A DNA stretch of 61,850 bases from Candidatus Acidiferrum sp. (GCA_035635775.1 DASQAL010000133.1:1-61850), one strand, 5' to 3'; numbered from the stretch's first letter, positions 31,286-42,405 are shown. Numbers and translations are program-made. Notes: generated from the sequence alone by a model not told the origin.

Positions 31286-31305
31286 GTCGTCGCGTCGTCG
31301 GACTG

Positions 31306-32073
31306 CTACTTCTTCAGCATCTCCATCGCCGCCTTGGCCTTGTCGGTCGCCAGCGTGGAGTTCCCGGCCTTGCAAGCCGCCTCGGCCTCGCTCACGAGAC
31401 CAGAAGCCTTCTTGAAGTCGGCAGAGCGGGGGGCCTGCACATCCTGGGCGCGCGGGGCCTGGACATCCTGGGCCCGAGGAGTCTGGATGTTCTGACCACG
31501 AGGAGCCTGCACGTCCTGGCCACGAGGAGCCTGCACTTCCTGACCACGCGGCGCCTGAATGTCCTGGCTACGCGGCGCCTGTACGTCCTGGGCGCGAGGA
31601 GCCTGGATGTTCTGACCGCGAGGAGCCTGCACGTCCTGGCTACGAGGAGCCTGAATGTCCTGACCACGCGGGGCCTGAATGTCCTGGCTGCGCGGGGCCT
31701 GCACATCCTGGCTACGCGGAGCCTGGATGTTCTGACCGCGAGGAGCCTGCACATCCTGGCTACGAGGAGCCTGCACATCCTGACCACGCGGGGCCTGGAT
31801 GTCCTGGCTCCGCGGCGCCTGCACGTCCTGTGAACGGGCGCCCGCCAGCGAGCGGGGAGCCTGGACGTCCTGGCTACGCGGGGCCTGCACGTCCTGCGAC
31901 CGAGCACCCGCCAGGGAGCGGGGCGCCTGCACGTCCTGGCTCTTGGCGGTCTGCGTCAGCATCGCCTTCGCCGACGCCACCTCGGGGGGGCAGGAGGTCT
32001 GCGCCATCCCGACCGTGGCCGAGAGGGAGAAGACCGTCACTACACTCATCGTCGCTGCAAGCAACTTTCTCAT
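31306..32073 (-). CDS. Secreted 255-aa protein: signal peptide, two-Cys helical shell, 20 octapeptide repeats [SGA]Q[DNE][VI]Q[AT]PR
   Basis: ATG 32073 with AAAGGA RBS; Sec signal MRKLLAATMSVVTVFSLSATVGMA; QTSCPPEVASAKAML...; repeat array; ...ASGLVSEAEAACKAGNSTLATDKAKAAMEMLKK. Confidence 0.9.
   Translation of the reverse strand: MRKLLAATMSVVTVFSLSATVGMAQTSCPPEVASAKAMLTQTAKSQDVQAPRSLAGARSQDVQAPRSQDVQAPRSLAGARSQDVQAPRSQDIQAPRGQDVQAPRSQDVQAPRGQNIQAPRSQDVQAPRSQDIQAPRGQDIQAPRSQDVQAPRGQNIQAPRAQDVQAPRSQDIQAPRGQEVQAPRGQDVQAPRGQNIQTPRAQDVQAPRAQDVQAPRSADFKKASGLVSEAEAACKAGNSTLATDKAKAAMEMLKK
31426..31941 (-). repeat. Coding tandem repeat: 20 x 24 nt units plus two 18-nt SLAGAR units
   Basis: Counted from the translation; units differ mainly at synonymous positions. 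Confidence 0.95.
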
Positions 32074-32165
32074 CGTTGTTTCCGTCCTTTCTGACTGCGT
32101 TCTCACTGCGTTTTCCACTGGGGTTCTTCTCCTGGCCCCTGGGGCCCCAACTCGCAGCCATAGGA

Positions 32166-32182
32166 TGCACCCGCGATGCCAG
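32166..32182 (-). promoter_or_regulatory. Candidate sigma54 (-24/-12) promoter of the repeat-protein gene
   Basis: CTGGCATCGCGGGTGCA: GG-N10-GC spacing exact, several mismatches to YTGGCACGRNNNTTGCW. Confidence 0.55.
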
Positions 32183-32210
32183 GGGATCTTCAGACTTACC
32201 TAGTCTTTAG

Positions 32211-32223
32211 TTTCAACATGTTA
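32211..32223 (+). promoter_or_regulatory. Candidate IHF-binding site
   Basis: TTTCAACATGTTA versus WATCAANNNNTTR (one mismatch), in an AT-rich patch about 30 nt upstream of the -24 element. Confidence 0.4.
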
Positions 32224-32331
32224 TGGCCCGTACCGCCACCCGGACCCTGGCACGACAAAGGCGTTCTGCCCGGCATGCCCCCGACAGATGACCCGGCAAA
32301 CTGTCTGGGGCTCTGGTACCGTGTAGCGGCA

Positions 32332-33684
32332 ATGAGCCCCTCCATCGGCAGATGCGCCGTAGGCGTCTGCGCGATCGCCTTCCTCCTTTATACGCTCGGT
32401 GGGTGCACGACGGCGCCGCCCGCGCCGGGATCGCGCCAGGGGCTGCCCGCGCCCATCCGGGAAGTGCTTCCCAACGGCATGCGGCTCATCATCCAGGAGC
32501 ACCGCGCCGCGGCCACTGTCGCGATTCATCTGTGGACTGGAGTCGGCGGGCGCGACGAGGCGGTCGGAGAGCGCGGCTTCTCGCACTTCGCGGAGCACAT
32601 GCTCTTCAAGGGCACCGAGACGCGGCCGCGCGGATTCGTCGAGCGCGACGTCGAGGCGGTGGGCGGGCGCACCAACGCGGGCACTTCCAACGACTACACC
32701 TTCTACTACCTGCTACTGCCCGCGACGCGCACCGCACAAGGGATCTCGACGATCGCGGACATGGTGCTGAACTCCGTCTTCGATGCCACCGAGCTGGCGC
32801 GCGAGCGCGACGTGGTCTTCGAGGAGGTGCGGCTCAACGAGGACAATCCGCGCGCGTCCCTGGGGCGCCAGCTCTACCATCTGCTCTACCAGGGCCATCC
32901 CTACGGCCGCCCCGTGCTGGGTGACGCGGCCGACCTGCGCGGCGCCACCCAGGAGACGCTGCGCGGCTTCTACAAGCGCCACTACGTGCCGGAGAACATG
33001 GCGCTGGTCGTGGTCGGTCCCGTCAACCCGGCGGAGGTCCGCGCCGCCGCGCTCGCCGTCTTCGGCGCGCTCCCCCGGGCCGGCTACACGCGGCAGCCGC
33101 TGCCACCCACGGTGGCGCTCGATGGCGTGCGCACGCGGTCGGTGGAGCGCCCCGAGCGACAGACGCAGCTCGGCCTCGCGTGGCTGGCGCCGCCGCTCGG
33201 TCATCCCGACATGCCCGCGGTGGACGTGCTCAGCCACATCCTGGGCGGCCCGCGCAGCTCCCGGCTCAACCAGGCGCTCCGGGAGAAGGCCCGGCTGGTC
33301 TCCGGGATCAGCGGCTGGTACGGCGCGCTCCAGGGCGCGGGCGCGGTCGGCGTCACCGCCCAGCTCGAGAGTGGGGACCATGAGGCGGTGGAGCGCGGCA
33401 TCCTGGCCGAGATCCGACGTATCCAGGCCGATGGGGTGACGCCGGAGGAGCTGGCCCGCGCGATCACCGCCTCCGAGGCCCAGCGCGAGTTCTCGCGCGA
33501 GACGGTGGAAGGCCTGGCCCTGGCGTACGGCCGCGCCGAGATCACCTGGAGCCTGGAGGCCGAGCGCGGCTACGTGGATCGCGTGCGCGCGGTGACGCGC
33601 GGGCAGGTGCAGGAGGCGGCGCGCCGCTACCTCACCGACTCCTACGCGCGGCTGGCCTTCGTGCCGCGGGGCCGCGCGCAGTGA
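32332..33684 (+). CDS. M16 (pitrilysin/insulinase) family zinc peptidase, catalytic subunit, predicted lipoprotein
   Basis: Lipobox LGGC; LPNGMRL; HFAEH (HxxEH); NAGTSNDYT; ERDVVFEE; HPYGRPVLG; YVPENM. TG-g-TACCGT -10 is 9 nt before the ATG. Confidence 0.9.
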   Translation: MSPSIGRCAVGVCAIAFLLYTLGGCTTAPPAPGSRQGLPAPIREVLPNGMRLIIQEHRAAATVAIHLWTGVGGRDEAVGERGFSHFAEHMLFKGTETRPRGFVERDVEAVGGRTNAGTSNDYTFYYLLLPATRTAQGISTIADMVLNSVFDATELARERDVVFEEVRLNEDNPRASLGRQLYHLLYQGHPYGRPVLGDAADLRGATQETLRGFYKRHYVPENMALVVVGPVNPAEVRAAALAVFGALPRAGYTRQPLPPTVALDGVRTRSVERPERQTQLGLAWLAPPLGHPDMPAVDVLSHILGGPRSSRLNQALREKARLVSGISGWYGALQGAGAVGVTAQLESGDHEAVERGILAEIRRIQADGVTPEELARAITASEAQREFSRETVEGLALAYGRAEITWSLEAERGYVDRVRAVTRGQVQEAARRYLTDSYARLAFVPRGRAQ

Positions 33685-34982
33685 GCCGGCGGGACGTGGC
33701 CGCGCTGGCGCTGGCCGTGGCCCTCGGGTGGGCCGGGGCCGGGAGTGCGGCGGCCCAGCCGGCTCGCCAGCAGCTCCCCGGCGGCCTCACCGTGCTGCTG
33801 CGCGAGAACACCGCGACCCCGGTGGCGGCGGCCTCGCTCTTCGTGCGGATGGGCTCGCGCTGGGAGACCGAGGACGACGCGGGCATCAGCCATCTGCTCC
33901 AGCAGGTGCTGGTCAAGGGGACCGAGCGCCGCTCGGCGCTCCAGATCGCGGAGACCGCGGAGAATCTGGGCGGCGGGATCTCCACGTCGGCCGACCTGGA
34001 CTACTCGGAGATCCGCGCCACCGCGCTCGCGCGAAACTGGAAAGCGATGCTCGAGCTGATCGCCGACGTCGCGCTCCGGCCCACGCTGCCCGCCGCCGAG
34101 ATCGACGGCGAGCGCAGCGCCACCCTGACCGCGCTCCGCAGCCGGCAGGACCAGCCGTTCTCCCTGGCCATGGATACGCTCATGAACCGCGTCTACGGGG
34201 ATCACCCGTACGGCCGCCCGATCCTGGGCCGGCCCGGCGCGCTGGAGCGCATCGACCGCGCCCGCCTGGTTGCGCATCACCAGCGCTTCTACCGTGGCCC
34301 GCGCATGATCCTGGCCGTGAGCGGTGACGTCGACGCGCGCCAGGTGATGGCGGAGGCGGCGCGCCTCTTCGCCGACGCCCCCGCGGGCCCCGCGGAGGCC
34401 GAGCCCACGCTCCCCGCGGCGGCGGCGCGCGCGGACCGCACCGTGATCGTGAAGCCGTCGGCCCAGGCGCAGGTCCTGGCCGGCTTCCTCGCCCCGCCCA
34501 CCTCGCACGCCGACTATGCGGCGGTGAAGGTGCTGGCCACCGCGCTGGGCGGGGGCATGGCCGCGCGGCTCTTCACCGAGGTGCGCGACAAGCAGGGCCT
34601 GGCCTACTCGACGGGCGGCGCCTACCCGTCGCGTCTGGGCCCGGGCGTGCTCTTCACCCAGCTCGGCACCGCGCCGGCCAACCAGACCCGGGCGGAAGCC
34701 GCGATGCTGGGGGAGCTCGAGCGCATCCGCCGCGATCCCCTGAGCCCGCCCGAGCTCGCCCGCGCCAAGGGGTACCTGCTCGGGCAGTTCGCGCTGGACC
34801 GGCGCACCAACGCGCGGCTGGCCTGGTACGACGCCTTCTTCGAGGCGCTCGGGGTCGGGCCCGGATTCGCCGAGCGCTACGAGCGCGCGGTGGAGGCGGT
34901 GACGGTCGAGGACGTGCAGCGGGTCGCGCGGACCTACCTGAGCGCGCCCACCGTGGTCACGCTCGGCCCCGCGGCGCCGTAG
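33681..34982 (+). CDS. M16 family peptidase, non-catalytic partner subunit, predicted exported
   Basis: Signal-like N-terminus; HLLQQ in place of HxxEH; HPYGRP; LGGGMAARLFTEVRDKQGLAYS; GTGA overlap with the catalytic subunit. Confidence 0.88.
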   Translation: MSRRDVAALALAVALGWAGAGSAAAQPARQQLPGGLTVLLRENTATPVAAASLFVRMGSRWETEDDAGISHLLQQVLVKGTERRSALQIAETAENLGGGISTSADLDYSEIRATALARNWKAMLELIADVALRPTLPAAEIDGERSATLTALRSRQDQPFSLAMDTLMNRVYGDHPYGRPILGRPGALERIDRARLVAHHQRFYRGPRMILAVSGDVDARQVMAEAARLFADAPAGPAEAEPTLPAAAARADRTVIVKPSAQAQVLAGFLAPPTSHADYAAVKVLATALGGGMAARLFTEVRDKQGLAYSTGGAYPSRLGPGVLFTQLGTAPANQTRAEAAMLGELERIRRDPLSPPELARAKGYLLGQFALDRRTNARLAWYDAFFEALGVGPGFAERYERAVEAVTVEDVQRVARTYLSAPTVVTLGPAAP

Positions 34983-34987
34983 CGACC

Positions 34988-35683
34988 GTGTTCCCGCTCA
35001 AAGACGACAACCCGATCCACAGCACCCCGATCGTCACCATCGGCCTGATCGTGGCCAACGCGCTGGTCTTCTTCTACCAGGTCTCGCTGGAGGTGGGCGG
35101 CGTGCAGGGCGCGCGGGCCGGGCAGGCCTTCATCGAGGAGTTCGGGCTGGTGCCGTGCCGGCTCATCGGCGCCTGCCCCTCGGCGGCGGACCTGCCGTCA
35201 CCGATCCTCACGATCTTCTCCTCGATGTTCATGCACGGCGGTCTGTTCCATATCGCCGGCAACATGCTCTACCTCTGGATCTTCGGCAACAACGTCGAGG
35301 ACGTCCTGGGCCACGGCCGCTACCTGATCTTCTATCTCGCCTCCGGCGTGGCGGCCGCCCTGGCCCAGACCGCCATCGGCCCCGGCTCCCCGGTGCCCAT
35401 GGTGGGCGCGAGCGGCGCCGTGTCCGGCGTGCTCGGTGCCTATCTGCTGCTCTTCCCGCACGCCCACGTGACCACGCTGATCATCCTGGGCTTCTTCTTC
35501 CGCCTCGTGAAGATCCCCGCCGTGTTCGTGCTGGGCTTCTGGATCGTGGTCCAGGTGCTCAACGGGCTCGGCAGCTTCGGGGCGAGCGGCGGGGTGGCCT
35601 TTTTCGCCCATATCGGGGGCTTCGTGGCGGGCATGGGGCTCCTCTTCGTGCTGAGACCCCGGGCCGGCCGGCGCGCCGCCTGA
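34988..35683 (+). CDS. Rhomboid intramembrane serine protease
   Basis: MFPLKDDNP, FMHGGLFHIAGNMLYLWIFGNNVED, GASGAVSG, AHIGG. Confidence 0.93.
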   Translation: MFPLKDDNPIHSTPIVTIGLIVANALVFFYQVSLEVGGVQGARAGQAFIEEFGLVPCRLIGACPSAADLPSPILTIFSSMFMHGGLFHIAGNMLYLWIFGNNVEDVLGHGRYLIFYLASGVAAALAQTAIGPGSPVPMVGASGAVSGVLGAYLLLFPHAHVTTLIILGFFFRLVKIPAVFVLGFWIVVQVLNGLGSFGASGGVAFFAHIGGFVAGMGLLFVLRPRAGRRAA

Positions 35684-35709
35684 ATTCGTTCCGGGAGGGG
35701 GTTCGGCTA

Positions 35710-35715
35710 TATAAT
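35710..35715 (+). promoter_or_regulatory. -10 element for the tlyA-nadK unit
   Basis: Perfect TATAAT. Confidence 0.6.
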
Positions 35716-35762
35716 CGTGACCGTTGGAATTTTGGTACGGTCTCAGGGGCTTAGGAGCCCGC

Positions 35763-35879
35763 ATGAACGCGGTCGAGCCGTTCCCTCACCGGCAGCGCTC
35801 CACCGTCTTTCTCCGCGATCGTCCGCCCCGCCATCTCCTGGCCGAAGGCGCGGACGGCTCAAGAAAGGAGCCGGCGTGA
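35763..35879 (+). CDS. Putative 38-aa upstream ORF coupled to tlyA
   Basis: AGGAG RBS, ATG, MNAVEPFPHRQRSTVFLRDRPPRHLLAEGADGSRKEPA; stop overlaps the tlyA GTG (GTGA). Confidence 0.3.
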   Translation: MNAVEPFPHRQRSTVFLRDRPPRHLLAEGADGSRKEPA

Positions 35880-36793
35880 AGAGGTCCCCAACGAAGCGCG
35901 GCCTGTCGAAGCCCGCCCAGCCACGGAAGACAGCGGCGAGTGTCCGCGGAAAGACGGCTGCCGTAACCGAACGAGCCCGCGGCGAGACTCGCGCAAAAAC
36001 AAAAGTTCGTCTGGACATCGCGCTGGTGGAGCGCGGGCTCCTCGAATCGCGCGAGAAGGCGGCGCGGGTGATCCTGGCCGGTGACGTGATGGTGGACGGG
36101 CAGCGGATGGACAAGGCGGGCGCGCTGGTGGCGCCCTCCGCGCGCATCGAGCTGGCGGCGCGCCCGCGCTTCGTGAGCCGGGGCGGGGACAAGCTGGCGC
36201 ACGCGCTCGCCACCTTCACCATCGAGCCCAAGGGGCGCGTGGCCATCGACGTGGGCGCTTCCACCGGCGGGTTCACCCATTGCCTGCTGGAGCGGGGCGC
36301 GGTGAAGGTCTACGCGGTGGACGTGGGGCATGGCCAGCTCGACGCGAAGCTGCGCGCCGACGGGCGGGTGGTGGTGATGGAGAAGACCAACGCGCGCAAT
36401 TTGCCGATCGACTCCTTCCCCGAGTCGCCCGATCTGGCCACCGTGGACGTCTCGTTCATCTCGCTCGAGAAGGTGCTTCCGTCGGTGTTCAACGTGCTCA
36501 CCTTGAAGGGCGAGGCGGTGGTGCTGGTGAAGCCGCAGTTCGAGGTCGGCAAGGGGCAGGTGGGCAAGGGCGGCGTGGTCCGGGACGGCTCCCATCACCG
36601 GGCGGTGCTCGCGCGGGTGGCCCGCTTCGGGGTGCTGCACGGCTGGCACGTGCGCGGCGTCACCGCGTCGCCGCTGAAGGGCCCGAAGGGCAACCGCGAG
36701 TTCTTCCTCCTCCTGACCAAGACCGGCCGCACGCTCACCGAGCTGGACGCGCTGATCACCCAGGTCACCGCGGAGGAGGTGCCGGTGCCGTGA
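35876..36793 (+). CDS. tlyA: TlyA family rRNA methyltransferase with basic N-terminal extension
   Basis: RLDIALVERGL..SREKA, FVSRGGDKL, DVGASTGGFT, DVGHGQL, DVSFISL, LVKPQFE, GPKGNREF; AAAGGAG RBS before GTG. Confidence 0.93.
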   Translation: MKRSPTKRGLSKPAQPRKTAASVRGKTAAVTERARGETRAKTKVRLDIALVERGLLESREKAARVILAGDVMVDGQRMDKAGALVAPSARIELAARPRFVSRGGDKLAHALATFTIEPKGRVAIDVGASTGGFTHCLLERGAVKVYAVDVGHGQLDAKLRADGRVVVMEKTNARNLPIDSFPESPDLATVDVSFISLEKVLPSVFNVLTLKGEAVVLVKPQFEVGKGQVGKGGVVRDGSHHRAVLARVARFGVLHGWHVRGVTASPLKGPKGNREFFLLLTKTGRTLTELDALITQVTAEEVPVP

Positions 36794-37647
36794 AGCGGCT
36801 GGGGATCGTCGCCAAGACCGACCGGGAGGAGGCCCGCACGGTGGTGCCGCAGCTCCTCGAGTGGTGCGCGGGCCACGGGATCCAGCCGGTGCTGGAGAAG
36901 GAAACGGCCGGGCTCTGCCCCGAGGCGACGGTGCCGACGGCGGGACGGCCGGAGCTGCCCGCCCAGTCCGATCTCCTGCTCGTCCTGGGCGGTGACGGCA
37001 CCCTGCTCAGCATGGCGCGCCTGGTGGGCGACCTCGGCGTGCCGATCCTGGGCGTCAACCTGGGCGGCCTCGGCTTCCTCACCGCGCTCACGCTGGACGA
37101 GCTGTTCCCGGCGCTCGAGGCCTACCTGCGCGGGGAGCTGGTCATCGAGGAGCGCATGCTGCTCGAGGCCCGCGTCTACCGGCTGGGCGAGCGGCTCGGC
37201 GAATACGCCGCGCTCAACGACGTGGTCATCACCAAGTCGGCCATGAGCCGCATCATCCGGCTCGAGGTGGCGGTGGACGGCGACTTCGCGACCGGCTACC
37301 GGGCGGACGGGCTCATCCTCTCCACCCCCACCGGCTCGACCGCCTACTGCCTGTCGGCGGGCGGCCCCATCGTGTTCCCGACCATGGACGCGGTGGTGCT
37401 CACCCCGATCTGCTCGCACACCCTCACCAACCGGCCGATCGTGCTGCCCGCCACCCAGCGCATCTCGATCACCCTGCTCACCGACCAGGACGTCATGCTG
37501 ACCCTGGACGGCCAGGTGGGCTTCGCGCTCAAGGGCCACGACATCGTCGAGGTGCGCCGGGCCACCGCCCGGACCCGGCTCCTCCGCGTTCCCCAGAAGA
37601 ACTTCTTCTCGGTGCTCCGCACGAAGCTCAAGTGGGGCGAGCGATAG
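36790..37647 (+). CDS. nadK: NAD(+) kinase
   Basis: LGGDGTLL, GVNLGGLGFL, ALNDVV, ADGLILSTPTGSTAY, SAGGPI, DGQ. Confidence 0.95.
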   Translation: MKRLGIVAKTDREEARTVVPQLLEWCAGHGIQPVLEKETAGLCPEATVPTAGRPELPAQSDLLLVLGGDGTLLSMARLVGDLGVPILGVNLGGLGFLTALTLDELFPALEAYLRGELVIEERMLLEARVYRLGERLGEYAALNDVVITKSAMSRIIRLEVAVDGDFATGYRADGLILSTPTGSTAYCLSAGGPIVFPTMDAVVLTPICSHTLTNRPIVLPATQRISITLLTDQDVMLTLDGQVGFALKGHDIVEVRRATARTRLLRVPQKNFFSVLRTKLKWGER

Positions 37648-37682
37648 GATACAGTTGAGCGCCCCGCGGCATTGGCCGTAGC

Positions 37683-39410
37683 ATGGCCGGGACGATGCTG
37701 CGCGAGCTGTCGATTCGCAATCTCGCGGTGGTGGAGGAGGCGGTGGTGCCGTTCGCCGCCGGCCTCAACGTGCTCACCGGCGAGACGGGCGCCGGCAAGT
37801 CCATCGTGGTGGACGCGCTCCTGCTCCTCACCGGCGCCCGCGCCCAGCCCGACTGGATCCGCACCGGGGCCGACACCGCGGTGGTCTCCGCGGTGTTCGA
37901 GATCGACCCGGCCGGCCCGGTGGCCGCATTGCTCGACGAGGCCGGGCATCGCGTGGCCGACGGGGAGCTCGTCATCAAGCGCGAGCTGGCGCGCTCGGGC
38001 CGGCACCGCGCCTTCGTGAACGACGCGGCCGCCACCGTGGGCCTGCTCGAGCGCCTGGGCGAGCTCCTGGTGGAGCTCCACGGCCAGCACGAGCACCAGC
38101 GCCTGATGGAGCCGGCGCGGCAGCTCCTGCTGCTGGACCGCTTCGCGGGGGCGGACGAGCGCCGCGAGCGGCTGGGCGCGCTGGTGCGGCGGTGGGAGGA
38201 AGCGCGCGCGGCGTTGCTGCGCCTGCGCGAAGAAATGCGCGAGGGCGCCCGCCAGGAAGACCTCTACCGCTTCCAGCTCTCCGAGATCGACGGCCTCCAG
38301 CTCAAGGACGGGGAGGAGGACGAGCTCCGGGCCGAGCGCGGTCGGCTGCAGCACGCCGAGCGGATCGCGGCCGGGCTGCAGGAGGCGCTCGGCCTGCTCT
38401 ACGAGGATCCGCAGTCGGCGGCGGCCCGGCTCGCGCGCGCGGCCGCGCTGCTGCGCGACGTCTCGCGCCACGAGCCGGAGGCCGCCGCGCCCATCGAGGC
38501 GATCGAGGGCGCCCAGGCCTATGTCGAGGACGTGGTCGGCCGGGCCCGCGTCCTCCGGGACCGCGCGGTCCTCGACCCCGAGCGGCTCGAGCAGATCGAC
38601 GCGCGGCTCGACGCCATCGTGAAGCTCAAGCGCAAGTACGGCGACTCGGTGGCCGCGATCCTCGCGCACCGGCACGAGGTCGCGGCGGCGCTGGATCGGA
38701 TCACGCGCCACGACGCGATCGCGGAGGACATGGATCGCGCGGTGGCCGAGGCGGCGGCGGCGGCGGGCGCCCAGGCGGCGGCCCTCTCGGAGGCCCGCAC
38801 GCGCGGGGCGGAGCGGCTCGAGCGCCTCATCCAGAAGGAGATCCGCGGGCTCGGCATGGAGCACGGGCGCTTTCGGGTGGCCCTGCGGCGCGAGGCGGCC
38901 GCCCCGGGCGAGCTCGGATCGGGCGAGGGAGGCTGGCGGGTGGGGCCGCGCGGGGCCGAGACCGCCGAGCTGCTGCTCTCGGCCAACCCGGGCGAGGACC
39001 TGCGGCCCCTCGCCAAGGTCGTCTCGGGCGGCGAGCTCTCGCGCGTGATGCTGGCGGCCAAGACCGTCCTGGCCGCGGCCGACGACGTGCCGGTGCTCGT
39101 CTTCGACGAGGTGGACGCGGGAATCGGCGGCCGTGTCGCCGACGTGGTGGGCCAGAAGCTCCGCGCCTCGGCCGTGGGCCGCCAGGTGCTCTGCGTGACC
39201 CACCTGGCCCCGATCGCCGCCTACGCGGGGCATCATCTGCTGGTCGAGAAGCGGGTGACCCGCGGCGCCACGCGCACGTCCGTGACCCCGCTGCGGGAGG
39301 CCGCCCGCGTGGACGAGGTCGCGCGCATGCTGGGCGGGGAGCGGGTCACCGAAACCTCGCGCCGCCACGCCCGGGAGCTCCTGCGGGGCTCGGCGGGTGG
39401 TGTAAGATGA
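37683..39410 (+). CDS. recN: DNA repair protein RecN (alternative start 37695)
   Basis: LTGETGAGKS, HGQHEHQ, SANPGE, SGGELSR, FDEVDAGIGG, VTHL. Confidence 0.95.
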   Translation: MAGTMLRELSIRNLAVVEEAVVPFAAGLNVLTGETGAGKSIVVDALLLLTGARAQPDWIRTGADTAVVSAVFEIDPAGPVAALLDEAGHRVADGELVIKRELARSGRHRAFVNDAAATVGLLERLGELLVELHGQHEHQRLMEPARQLLLLDRFAGADERRERLGALVRRWEEARAALLRLREEMREGARQEDLYRFQLSEIDGLQLKDGEEDELRAERGRLQHAERIAAGLQEALGLLYEDPQSAAARLARAAALLRDVSRHEPEAAAPIEAIEGAQAYVEDVVGRARVLRDRAVLDPERLEQIDARLDAIVKLKRKYGDSVAAILAHRHEVAAALDRITRHDAIAEDMDRAVAEAAAAAGAQAAALSEARTRGAERLERLIQKEIRGLGMEHGRFRVALRREAAAPGELGSGEGGWRVGPRGAETAELLLSANPGEDLRPLAKVVSGGELSRVMLAAKTVLAAADDVPVLVFDEVDAGIGGRVADVVGQKLRASAVGRQVLCVTHLAPIAAYAGHHLLVEKRVTRGATRTSVTPLREAARVDEVARMLGGERVTETSRRHARELLRGSAGGVR

Positions 39411-39419
39411 GGCCCGGAC

Positions 39420-42278
<2,859 letters not shown>

Positions 42279-42326
42279 GCCCCTCGATCCCTCGGCCCAT
42301 ATCTAGTGCCGCAGCGCGTCCCCGCC

Positions 42327-42346
42327 CCCCACTAGTGGGGTTTTTT
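42327..42346 (+). terminator. Intrinsic terminator after secA
   Basis: CCCCACTAGTGGGG hairpin followed by TTTTTT. Confidence 0.65.
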
Positions 42347-42405
42347 CTTGGTTGATCCGCCGACCGCATGTTATTACTGAACCACGCCCCCTGGGCATGA
42401 ATGGC

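Noticed and set aside
31426-31941. CRISPR array or non-coding VNTR
   Set aside because: Units are contiguous 24-mers with no unique spacers, stay in frame within a signal-peptide ORF, vary synonymously, and no cas genes are present.
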